IMG/VR virus record: IMGVR_UViG_3300033143_001281
Span: 1 to 64,000 of that record
Length of the DNA: 64,000 nt
Source of the DNA: a virus
Direction: 5' to 3' (one strand)
Shown here piece after piece: positions 1-7,347 of the stretch; position 1 is the stretch's first letter; each line of letters opens with the position of its first letter. The translations under genes were made by a program, and so were the position numbers. The notes under the pieces are model-generated. The model saw only the letters and a list, made by a program, of their open reading frames with translations. It did no database searches and was not told the origin of the DNA.

Positions 1-13
1 ATCCGGCCATCTG

Positions 14-87
14 TGATCCCACAAGGATTTGAACCTTGAACCTACAGCTTAGAAGGCTGTTGCTCTATCCAGTTGAGCTATGGGACC
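14..87 (-). tRNA. trnR: tRNA-Arg (anticodon UCU), CCA not encoded
   Basis: Reverse complement folds as a cloverleaf: acceptor GGTCCCA/TGGGATC, D arm GCTC-AACTGGATA-GAGC, anticodon arm ACAGC-CTTCTAA-GCTGT, T arm CAAGG-TTCAAAT-CCTTG. Confidence 0.95.
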
Positions 88-93
88 ATAAAG

Positions 94-363
94 TTATGAT
101 CTTGAGCCTGAGAAACCTAATTCATAGGATTCAGCTGGATGTTCTTCTATCCACATATGACAGTTTCTGCAAACTGGCATCCATGTAGACACTTCCAAGT
201 GGTATACACCACGGCCATGTTTATGATGGACATCTGTAGCATGCAAAGAACACTTATGGATCTTTGCATGACAGATAGGGTTGTCTTGTAAAAACTTTCT
301 ACGCTTTTTAGTATAGTCAGCATTTATCTTAGACATTTTTTTAGAGACTTTTTTGATGCTCAT
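94..363 (-). CDS. HNH-family zinc-binding endonuclease-like protein
   Basis: CHAKIHKC...ATDVHHKHGRG...VCRNCH pattern typical of small phage HNH proteins. Confidence 0.7.
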   Translation of the reverse strand: MSIKKVSKKMSKINADYTKKRRKFLQDNPICHAKIHKCSLHATDVHHKHGRGVYHLEVSTWMPVCRNCHMWIEEHPAESYELGFSGSRS

Positions 364-880
364 TTGGTTTTAAAGTGAAATAATTTTTTGGTAATAATCC
401 TATTGACATAAACTTTAATATTACATCTTCATAAGATATACCAAGTTCTTTAAATGTAAATGTATTTTTGTAATCATCTAATGTTTCTTCAGCTGGTATA
501 CTTACTATATACTGTGCTGTTGGTGAATTTTTAAATGTTTTACTAAAATAAGCATTTATTCTTTTATTACAAAGTGTTTGTTTCCAAGCATTTATCTCTC
601 TTTGCCCACGTTTCCAAACTTTTGTAATGCGCCTTTTCTTATCCCAATGTAGTTTAGTAACTTCTTCAGGTTTATAAACTCTAAGTCCATGCAATACACG
701 TTTAAACAAAAAATGTTGGTATGGATTAAGTTTACTATATTCTATATTATTAACTATAGAAGGCGGATGTAATTGATATTCTTCTAGTATTCCTAGATAT
801 TGATAGCGCTCAATACGTTTACTTAATTGAAGTTCTTTCTCATTGAGTCTAATTTTTGATATTTGTTCTATTGATAACAT
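341..880 (-). CDS. hypothetical protein
   Basis: 179-aa ORF overlapping the HNH gene, A-rich leader. Confidence 0.7.
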   Translation of the reverse strand: MLSIEQISKIRLNEKELQLSKRIERYQYLGILEEYQLHPPSIVNNIEYSKLNPYQHFLFKRVLHGLRVYKPEEVTKLHWDKKRRITKVWKRGQREINAWKQTLCNKRINAYFSKTFKNSPTAQYIVSIPAEETLDDYKNTFTFKELGISYEDVILKFMSIGLLPKNYFTLKPNEHQKSL

Positions 881-918
881 ACATGTTTATTTATTTAATT
901 AAGTGGATTTAAATGTCA

Positions 919-955
919 AAGAGGGAACAAATAGTTTGCACTATAGTCCCCTCTT
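919..955 (-). terminator. stem-loop (terminator or processing site)
   Basis: Minus strand AAGAGGGGAC-U-AUAGU-GCAA-ACUAU-UU-GUUCCCUCUU, with a GNRA loop and a G-U pair that works only on the minus strand. Confidence 0.55.
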
Positions 956-976
956 ATCCATTTTCAGAAATTAATC

Positions 977-1540
977 TTATAGTTCAAAAGTTTCTTCTTC
1001 TAAAACTTCTTCTTCTACAGAATCTTCTACTGTTTCTTCTACTTCATTATCAACTTCTTCTGAATCAGTATCAATTCCAAAAGCTTGTGCTGGTGTAACT
1101 TTAGCAGCATTTACTGCATTATTGTTAGTACCATTAGCCTCTCTTATAGCATCACCATTATCATGTGCTATAAGTACATCCTCTGCTGTTTGATCTTTAG
1201 TAAAGAATGTTTTCCTATAAATAGGTTGACCATCTACACAACAAATAATACCTGTATCACCAGCCATTTTGATATCTCTGTCTGGATTACTAGCATTAAA
1301 AGGTGTTAATGATTCTTTGATTATGATTTTACCAGAAATTTCACTAACTCCATTGTATATGTACTGTAAATCTTCTAATTTACCTTGAATTAATGTGCTG
1401 ATACGTTTTACACTTGCCCAACCTGAAGCTGAATATACAACTTTGTTTGACTCTAATCTAACGTGACCAAATTCTGGATTTTGTGATTGACGGACAACAT
1501 TTCCCATGTCATCTGCCACTACTTGACATTTGTTTTGCAT
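977..1540 (-). CDS. hypothetical protein with acidic tail, possible single-stranded DNA-binding protein
   Basis: Beta-rich-looking N-terminal ~130 aa followed by a strongly acidic tail ending EEETFEL. Confidence 0.55.
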   Translation of the reverse strand: MQNKCQVVADDMGNVVRQSQNPEFGHVRLESNKVVYSASGWASVKRISTLIQGKLEDLQYIYNGVSEISGKIIIKESLTPFNASNPDRDIKMAGDTGIICCVDGQPIYRKTFFTKDQTAEDVLIAHDNGDAIREANGTNNNAVNAAKVTPAQAFGIDTDSEEVDNEVEETVEDSVEEEVLEEETFEL

Positions 1541-1583
1541 TTTTAATAAAATTTAATTGTGAATAAAATAAGTAAATTGATGA

Positions 1584-1844
1584 TTAAGAATCATCTGAAT
1601 GAAAATACGGGTCTTCTAATTTTTCAAAAGCGCTAATCTCATCTAACGTTGGTTCATTTTCTTCAATGAACTCCTCCTGGATATCAGGTGGTGTTTTAGC
1701 AAAGCTATTGTAAAATGGGTTACCCACTTCCTTTGTATATGCTGAACTAAGGCCATTAAGATCTTTATACTCTTCATCTGTTAATGAAAGGTACTGTTCA
1801 AGAGAACACTCTATTATGCGACCATTAGGAAGTTGTATTATCAT
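1584..1844 (-). CDS. hypothetical acidic protein
   Basis: 86-aa ORF with a TATCTTTAC promoter-like element upstream. Confidence 0.65.
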   Translation of the reverse strand: MIIQLPNGRIIECSLEQYLSLTDEEYKDLNGLSSAYTKEVGNPFYNSFAKTPPDIQEEFIEENEPTLDEISAFEKLEDPYFHSDDS

Positions 1845-1956
1845 TATCTTATTAAAAACTATTGTAAAGATAATAATATAATTTCCTTTGAGTCACTTAA
1901 TATAACCTAATTTGACTATAATTCAAAAATAATAAGCATTAATATAGCTAACGCAA

Positions 1957-2208
1957 TTAGATTACGGTTAACTTTCTGCCTACTCTTCTAATATATTTGT
2001 TTAATTTGAGCTCTTTAATCCATCTATTAACACTAGATTGACTTGTGTCAAGATGATCTGCTAATGTACTGATTGATGGCCAACATTGTCTTTGTTTATC
2101 TGCGTAACAGCATAATAAACTATACAATGCTTTAGCTCCTATAGATACTGATGGGTCTGATATTACTTCATGTTTAACTATACCAAACCTATTCTGATTC
2201 TTGTACAT
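1957..2208 (-). CDS. helix-turn-helix DNA-binding protein (replication-initiator N-terminal-like)
   Basis: SIGAKALYSLL...CWPSISTLADHLDTSQSSVNRWIKEL winged-HTH signature. Confidence 0.75.
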   Translation of the reverse strand: MYKNQNRFGIVKHEVISDPSVSIGAKALYSLLCCYADKQRQCWPSISTLADHLDTSQSSVNRWIKELKLNKYIRRVGRKLTVI

Positions 2209-2398
2209 GATCCCTTAGTAACCTAAGCAATGCTGTATTATCATCAGTTTCAGCAGCCAACTCTTCATCTTGTAAGTTAAAAGTTCTATTCATGAATGCA
2301 CCAAAAGACTTACCATCTAATGCTTTTTCTCTTTCTTCTTTAACTTTCAGATACTTCTTGAGGTACGATTGAATTGCTTCCGTTGATAGTTTTGCCAT
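2189..2398 (-). CDS. hypothetical protein
   Basis: 69-aa ORF overlapping both neighbours. Confidence 0.6.
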   Translation of the reverse strand: MAKLSTEAIQSYLKKYLKVKEEREKALDGKSFGAFMNRTFNLQDEELAAETDDNTALLRLLRDHVQESE

Positions 2399-2906
2399 TA
2401 TTATTAATTTTATCTAATGAATTCTTTAGTTTATAATAAGGGATATCAGACTTTCTAGTACGCTTTACATATAAAGGATTTATAGTGTGTTCATAGCGTT
2501 TAATTTCTCTATCCCCGTTATGATATAAGATATCAATTTTAATTGAACTATGAAAGGGATTGTATTTTTTATTTGATGACCATGAAGTATCACCCATTAC
2601 AATTCCATATACATCTCCGCTTGAATGCATTAAACCCATATCATTTAAAATATCAATTTCATACTCACTACCTGCATGATAACTTGGTGGTGTAAATCTT
2701 ACATAATCACCAACATTTACTTTTTTATAGGGTTCATCAAGTAACATAAGATGAACTGCACCCTCTAATGCATTATCAGGTATTGAATTAGCTAATAATT
2801 CTGTAATATGCTTTACATTAGCTCTTATATTTACATTTTGCGTGTCTATTAATTTCTCAAATAGTACTTTTATTACATCTTTATGTAATGTTATTGTATC
2901 AGACAT
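2340..2906 (-). CDS. hypothetical protein
   Basis: 188-aa ORF with A-rich leader. Confidence 0.7.
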   Translation of the reverse strand: MSDTITLHKDVIKVLFEKLIDTQNVNIRANVKHITELLANSIPDNALEGAVHLMLLDEPYKKVNVGDYVRFTPPSYHAGSEYEIDILNDMGLMHSSGDVYGIVMGDTSWSSNKKYNPFHSSIKIDILYHNGDREIKRYEHTINPLYVKRTRKSDIPYYKLKNSLDKINNNGKTINGSNSIVPQEVSES

Positions 2907-2928
2907 ATTTATTATTTTTAAAAATTAA

Positions 2929-3089
2929 AGTCAAGCAGTCCCTATCCTAAACAAGTATGATAAAAGAATAAAGATCTGCTTGACTGTTGGTCCACTTAAC
3001 CAATAAAACTGTAAGTCACAGGACCAATTGTACTAGTGTTATTATATAGTATATAATTACTGGTACTGTTAGTGTGTCACCCGTGACAC
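2929..3089 (-). ncRNA. candidate structured RNA: four tandem hairpins
   Basis: Inverted repeats 2929-2938/2976-2985 (plus an inner 10 bp with 3 G-U on the minus strand), 2987-2993/3021-3027, 3030-3037/3059-3066, 3074-3080/3083-3089. Confidence 0.55.
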
Positions 3090-3091
3090 TT

Positions 3092-3937
3092 TTAATTTAT
3101 AAATCTATGTAAATCTGATGGTTCAAATACATATTCAGGAGTATTGACATAATTCATGTCATCTAATGAATACCATACATCATTTGTAACCGGATTTAAT
3201 AAGATGTGTTGTTCTTGAGCTGGCATATAGCTTTGGGCAAGCATAAATATTTTATGACCATTGCTGTTAACTGCCATATCTACTACTGTAATAGCATGAC
3301 CAGGAAATCCTCCAGTGATAAATACATCACCGGTTTTCATTTCCCAATAGTTAACATCCTTTGTATCATATTTCTCTATTGAGTATGTACCTGCATAACT
3401 CCAGATTAGATCTAACCAACGTCTGAATGTTTTACAAGTATCTTTACGACTTTTACCCCATACTGTAACTATATCACGCCCACCATTAAGTGGTGTTGGT
3501 GATGCTCCCTTAAGATAATCTAGATAAGATGATTTATATCCGTTTGTAAAACTGAATTGTAATTTATCTAAGTTACCTTGAGAATAATTATATGATGCTC
3601 TCAAGTATATAGCAGCATCAGCACAGTGATGTAAATCTCTTTTACCGATATCATATTTAAATACTGCTGCGTATATATAATTATTATGTTTAACACTACC
3701 ATTGAAGTATTTTACTTCTGTCTTTTGCTTTAAAGGATGATCAGTTAACCAATCAGCATAATCTGACTCAATGAGTCTTTCATATCCTGATGGTAACTGA
3801 AACAAATTCTTGATGCTTAAGTGGCCGTGTTTGTTATACGTTTGTGCTTGACATTGCATAACGAAGCCCAGTGCTATTATAAGCGTTATTAAATAGACTG
3901 TGCCTCCATTAAAACGAGTGTTATTATTTAAACCCAT
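3092..3937 (-). CDS. DUF4846-like exported protein (Cys/His, putative papain-like hydrolase)
   Basis: N-terminal signal peptide; DIGKRDLHHCADAAIYLRA, YAGTYS, GDVFITGGFPGHA and LAQSYMPAQEQHIL motifs recalled from Bacteroidetes DUF4846 proteins. Confidence 0.75.
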   Translation of the reverse strand: MGLNNNTRFNGGTVYLITLIIALGFVMQCQAQTYNKHGHLSIKNLFQLPSGYERLIESDYADWLTDHPLKQKTEVKYFNGSVKHNNYIYAAVFKYDIGKRDLHHCADAAIYLRASYNYSQGNLDKLQFSFTNGYKSSYLDYLKGASPTPLNGGRDIVTVWGKSRKDTCKTFRRWLDLIWSYAGTYSIEKYDTKDVNYWEMKTGDVFITGGFPGHAITVVDMAVNSNGHKIFMLAQSYMPAQEQHILLNPVTNDVWYSLDDMNYVNTPEYVFEPSDLHRFIN

Positions 3938-4272
3938 TTTAACTCAATTGTAAAGAATGGTAATACAACTAATATAGCCATACCATTTCCATATCCTTTA
4001 GTATCTACGGCTAACGCTAAGCCAAATACTGGTGCAAATTCAAATTTAAACTTTGGTAACATATCTGTTTTACTCATAAATGATGCAAAAAATATACAAT
4101 TTATATATGTTCCAATAAGAATTGTTAATAGCCCTAATCCTAAGAGATAATTATCATCTCCGACCATACTATCACTTCTATCAAGGGTTAAATTTCCCAA
4201 AGTTATTGTAACTATAATTGGTAGTAGTACTACGAAGAATAGTTTTACGAATGATTTCAACATTATTTTCAT
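3928..4272 (-). CDS. small membrane protein
   Basis: At least two clear hydrophobic helices. Confidence 0.7.
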   Translation of the reverse strand: MKIMLKSFVKLFFVVLLPIIVTITLGNLTLDRSDSMVGDDNYLLGLGLLTILIGTYINCIFFASFMSKTDMLPKFKFEFAPVFGLALAVDTKGYGNGMAILVVLPFFTIELKWV

Positions 4273-4301
4273 TTCTATTAATTATTTAATTAGTTACTTG
4301 A

Positions 4302-4775
4302 TTAATTTTCTGTTACTGTATCTCCATTGTTATAAAACGTGTTTATATCAAATGGCACAAGAAATCTATTCCATTGATTACCGACTTGATAATCTATTTT
4401 ATCTTGTTGATTTATGTAATCTATGTCAGTTATTACTATAACATCTATATCAATTACAAATGTATCAACAAAATTTCCTGATGCCCATTGCATAAATTGT
4501 TCTGCGTCACTGGATATATTAGTATTTTGTGCATAGTCTAACCATTGATTCCAAACAAATTCATATTTGGTTTCTGCGGTTATACCATTGCTATCTATAC
4601 TATAGAAGCCTAACAATATATACATAGTTTCATTATTCTGAGCAAAACTATATGCTTCAGAGAATACTTTGACTGTGTCTGTATTCATTTGATTTACCTC
4701 TGGTGTAAACAAAGGCTCTTGCTCACAGCTTGTAATCATAACTGCAAGCAAGAATATTTGCATTATCTTCCCCAT
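4302..4775 (-). CDS. putative lipoprotein
   Basis: Signal II peptide MGKIMQIFLLAVMITS-C. Confidence 0.7.
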   Translation of the reverse strand: MGKIMQIFLLAVMITSCEQEPLFTPEVNQMNTDTVKVFSEAYSFAQNNETMYILLGFYSIDSNGITAETKYEFVWNQWLDYAQNTNISSDAEQFMQWASGNFVDTFVIDIDVIVITDIDYINQQDKIDYQVGNQWNRFLVPFDINTFYNNGDTVTEN

Positions 4776-4930
4776 TTGGATCTCTTATGTTTTTTTTTAG
4801 GTTTCCAATAGTTCTTCTTAGCGAACTTTTTCTTTTGGTTTACAGCTCCACATGATCTTGACGATCCACAGGATTGTAATACTGGTGCAGCTATAAATAA
4901 GAATGCACATAAATAAAGAATCTTTCTCAT
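4763..4930 (-). CDS. small basic lipoprotein (55 aa, not in ORF track)
   Basis: MRKILYLCAFLFIAAPVLQS-CGSSRSCGAVNQKKKFAKKNYWKPKKKHKRSKWGR; lipobox; fills the gap between neighbours. Confidence 0.7.
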   Translation of the reverse strand: MRKILYLCAFLFIAAPVLQSCGSSRSCGAVNQKKKFAKKNYWKPKKKHKRSKWGR

Positions 4931-4942
4931 AATACTTGTTTT

Positions 4943-5227
4943 TTAGTTGTAACTATTAGCATACTCTAGAAAATCTAATGTATGTTGATGTGTTACAGTG
5001 ATTAATTGATTTTGTTTAGCTAGGTATCTCAACGATTCATTATGCTCAAGTTCTAACTCAAGCTCTATTAATGATGGAGAACCTATTTCTTTACGGTTTA
5101 CACGACTATGTTCCATATCTCCGGTAAAGAGATTAACGAACTCATCTTGTTCACGGCTATATAAGATAACACCTATGGCATTACCCCATGTAGCAAACTT
5201 TTCTGGATAATTGATTTTTACTTTCAT
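4943..5227 (-). CDS. hypothetical protein
   Basis: 94-aa ORF with leader AAAAACAAGT-ATG. Confidence 0.65.
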   Translation of the reverse strand: MKVKINYPEKFATWGNAIGVILYSREQDEFVNLFTGDMEHSRVNRKEIGSPSLIELELELEHNESLRYLAKQNQLITVTHQHTLDFLEYANSYN

Positions 5228-5252
5228 ACTTGTTTTTATTAATGATTAATTA

Positions 5253-5444
5253 TTATATTTCTAAAGCTTTCAAAATGTTTTTAGTATAATTCTTTAGCCT
5301 TAATTTTGCTTCTTCTTTTGTTTTAAAGTACATTGATTCACGGCTATAAGGCATACCTTCTTGTGTACGACCTATGTAATAACCTGCTGCTGATTTTAGT
5401 ACTTGTAATTCTGAATATGTTTCTCCAACTATATTATTAGACAT
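5253..5444 (-). CDS. conserved-looking small phage protein
   Basis: LQVLKSAAGYYIG...PYSRES.YF.TKEEA motif, recalled from small phage/plasmid proteins. Confidence 0.7.
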   Translation of the reverse strand: MSNNIVGETYSELQVLKSAAGYYIGRTQEGMPYSRESMYFKTKEEAKLRLKNYTKNILKALEI

Positions 5445-5761
5445 AACGATTTAGTATTAGTGATTAATTGCAATATTGCGGGTACTATGTCTATTATCCT
5501 ATAGAGGAAGAGACATAATAATATATAACTAGAGTGCTTATCCTTGAAGGCTTACACTATTTCAGAATAGTAAGTGGTATTGCTTGACTCATTGCTCTAG
5601 TTATACTTATGTTAGCTATATATATATTATACGTTGCTTTAGTTTTTTTCAAGTGGTAATAAGTGGGTTTTTGTGGGGTTATTGACCACACATTCTCTGT
5701 GCAATGCACACAATTAATTAAATATTAGTTGAGAAAAATGCTAGATAGTAACGTTTATTAC

Positions 5762-5788
5762 AAAAACAAGGGTTTTACCCCTTGTTTC
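5762..5788 (-). terminator. intrinsic terminator
   Basis: Minus strand GAAACAAGGGG-TAAAA-CCCTTGTTTTT just after ORF 5796..6131. Confidence 0.65.
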
Positions 5789-5795
5789 TTGTGGA

Positions 5796-6131
5796 TTAGA
5801 TTGGTTCAGCCCAAAACATTCCTGTTTCTTCACCGGTTTGTGTGTCAACAACAGGTTTATTGCTGAGTTTCCACTCAGGTAGCAAATCCCCTTTATTTAG
5901 CGTGGACATAAAGTCCCGCGCTAAAGGATGGTCTGCTGTGACCTTATTGCCATCACTATCATTAATAGATAGCAACCCAAACACACGGTTTTGCTTTGAT
6001 GCAATCACAGCAACACCGGCTAATGTGGTCTTAATAGGAGCACCACTCTCCACAACACTTATGCAATAAGTGTTATTCACTTTGTTTACGCAATGCATAT
6101 GCACACGCAATTCTTTTGCTTTTTCTTCCAT
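5796..6131 (-). CDS. early protein, paralog of 6774..7103
   Basis: Shared FG.LS, A.HP, LN.GD..P...LS...VVD..TGEET...W.E motifs. Confidence 0.75.
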   Translation of the reverse strand: MEEKAKELRVHMHCVNKVNNTYCISVVESGAPIKTTLAGVAVIASKQNRVFGLLSINDSDGNKVTADHPLARDFMSTLNKGDLLPEWKLSNKPVVDTQTGEETGMFWAEPI

Positions 6132-6450
6132 AATGTATAAATTTTAAGATTCAATGCATAGATGGGGAGCCGAAGGCATAAGAATATGAGCAGATGGAAG
6201 TAACACAAGAACCTGAGCAGATAGTAACAAAAAACTCTCACAAGGTTGCACCTTGCCGTACTATCTTTGAACTCATAGAGTGTAGCCTTGATGAAGTAAA
6301 TCATAAATATTTACCACCTGCAATTGGATGAGAGTTTAATAAGCTACCATAAGAGTGTGGTACAACGTGGACTCATGATTTGCAAATCAATTGTCAATCT
6401 CCGGACCAGACCCAATTTAATGTTTGTGCTCTTAAGGTAGTTATATATTA

Positions 6451-6474
6451 AAGAGTGTGCTTTCACACACCCTT
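6451..6474 (-). terminator. stem-loop/terminator
   Basis: Minus strand AAGGGUGUGU-GAAA-GCACACUCUU. Confidence 0.55.
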
Positions 6475-6642
6475 ATTGTTACTTTTTTTTAAAGCATCTT
6501 CAAGTCTTTGAAGTCTAAGTTTCTTTTCTTCTTGCCATTCTTCATAGCATTGTTGACATGTGTGTACTTCATCACACGTACATGTTAGCTCAGGACTTAT
6601 ACTATATAAATTCCAAGCATCTTGTGCATCTTCTAAAAACAT
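6463..6642 (-). CDS. small zinc-finger-like protein (59 aa, not in ORF track)
   Basis: MFLEDAQDAWNLYSISPELTCTCDEVHTCQQCYEEWQEEKKLRLQRLEDALKKSNNKGV; CxC-x5-CxxC; bracketed by two terminator-like hairpins. Confidence 0.65.
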   Translation of the reverse strand: MFLEDAQDAWNLYSISPELTCTCDEVHTCQQCYEEWQEEKKLRLQRLEDALKKSNNKGV

Positions 6643-6659
6643 AATTGTTAGTTTAGGTT

Positions 6660-6689
6660 AAAAAAAGGGTGTGCTATTACACACACCCT
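6660..6689 (-). terminator. intrinsic terminator
   Basis: Minus strand AGGGUGUG-UGUAAUAG-CACACCCU followed by a U run. Confidence 0.65.
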
Positions 6690-6773
6690 GTTAAAAGTTG
6701 ACACTCGTTGGTTATCTTACAGCCTGATGTCCATTTAGTTTAAAGGCAAACTGTGTCAATTTTTGTTCTTGGA

Positions 6774-7103
6774 TTAGGCTTGTTCAACCCAACGCAAGTT
6801 AGTTTCTTCCCCTGTGTTCAAGTCCACTACGGCATTGTCACTTAGTTGGAAACCCGGCATTTCATCTCCTTGGTTCAATTTAGTTTGCAAGGCTTTAATT
6901 GTTGGATGGTTAGCACGCATTACCTGATTAGTTTCAGGGTCAATGAGGCTTAATACACCAAAAGTGATGTTACCATTAGTTCTTGTTCCAACTTTCATTC
7001 CTGCAAGTTCTCCTACTTTGTTTGAGATAGGCTTGTCTGTTACGATGATTGTAGCAGTCCCTGTGTTCTCATTTACTCTTAGTTTTCTGAAAAATACTGA
7101 CAT
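6774..7103 (-). CDS. early protein, paralog of 5796..6131
   Basis: First gene of the minus-strand block; shares motifs with 5796..6131. Confidence 0.75.
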   Translation of the reverse strand: MSVFFRKLRVNENTGTATIIVTDKPISNKVGELAGMKVGTRTNGNITFGVLSLIDPETNQVMRANHPTIKALQTKLNQGDEMPGFQLSDNAVVDLNTGEETNLRWVEQA

Positions 7104-7347
7104 TTTTTTAATTATTTAGATTAATATTATTTTTATGTGCATACATGTGGGGGGTACCCACCGCACATTTTGTAGCTGGGGAGCAGATTGGTAGAACCTT
7201 CTTAGAACTTAAAACACATAACTTTTGGGGGGCCGTGGGCAGAGTTTTATAGAGTAGGGGGACATGTTATGACTTAAAAATTTTTATAGGATTTAGAAAT
7301 TTAGTATATTGTCTTTATAGAAGAGTTACTAATTAAATTTTAATAGT

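Noticed and set aside
6693-6764. Type III hammerhead ribozyme-like layout (GUU, CUGAUG, stem, CAAAC)
   Set aside because: Core reads CUGAUGU and CAAA instead of CUGANGA and GAAA (catalytic G12 absent), and the stem I register conflicts with C3; kept only as a generic structured element
5460-7300. CRISPR or mini-CRISPR array
   Set aside because: Repeats are short (7-13 nt), irregularly spaced and not identical repeat-spacer units
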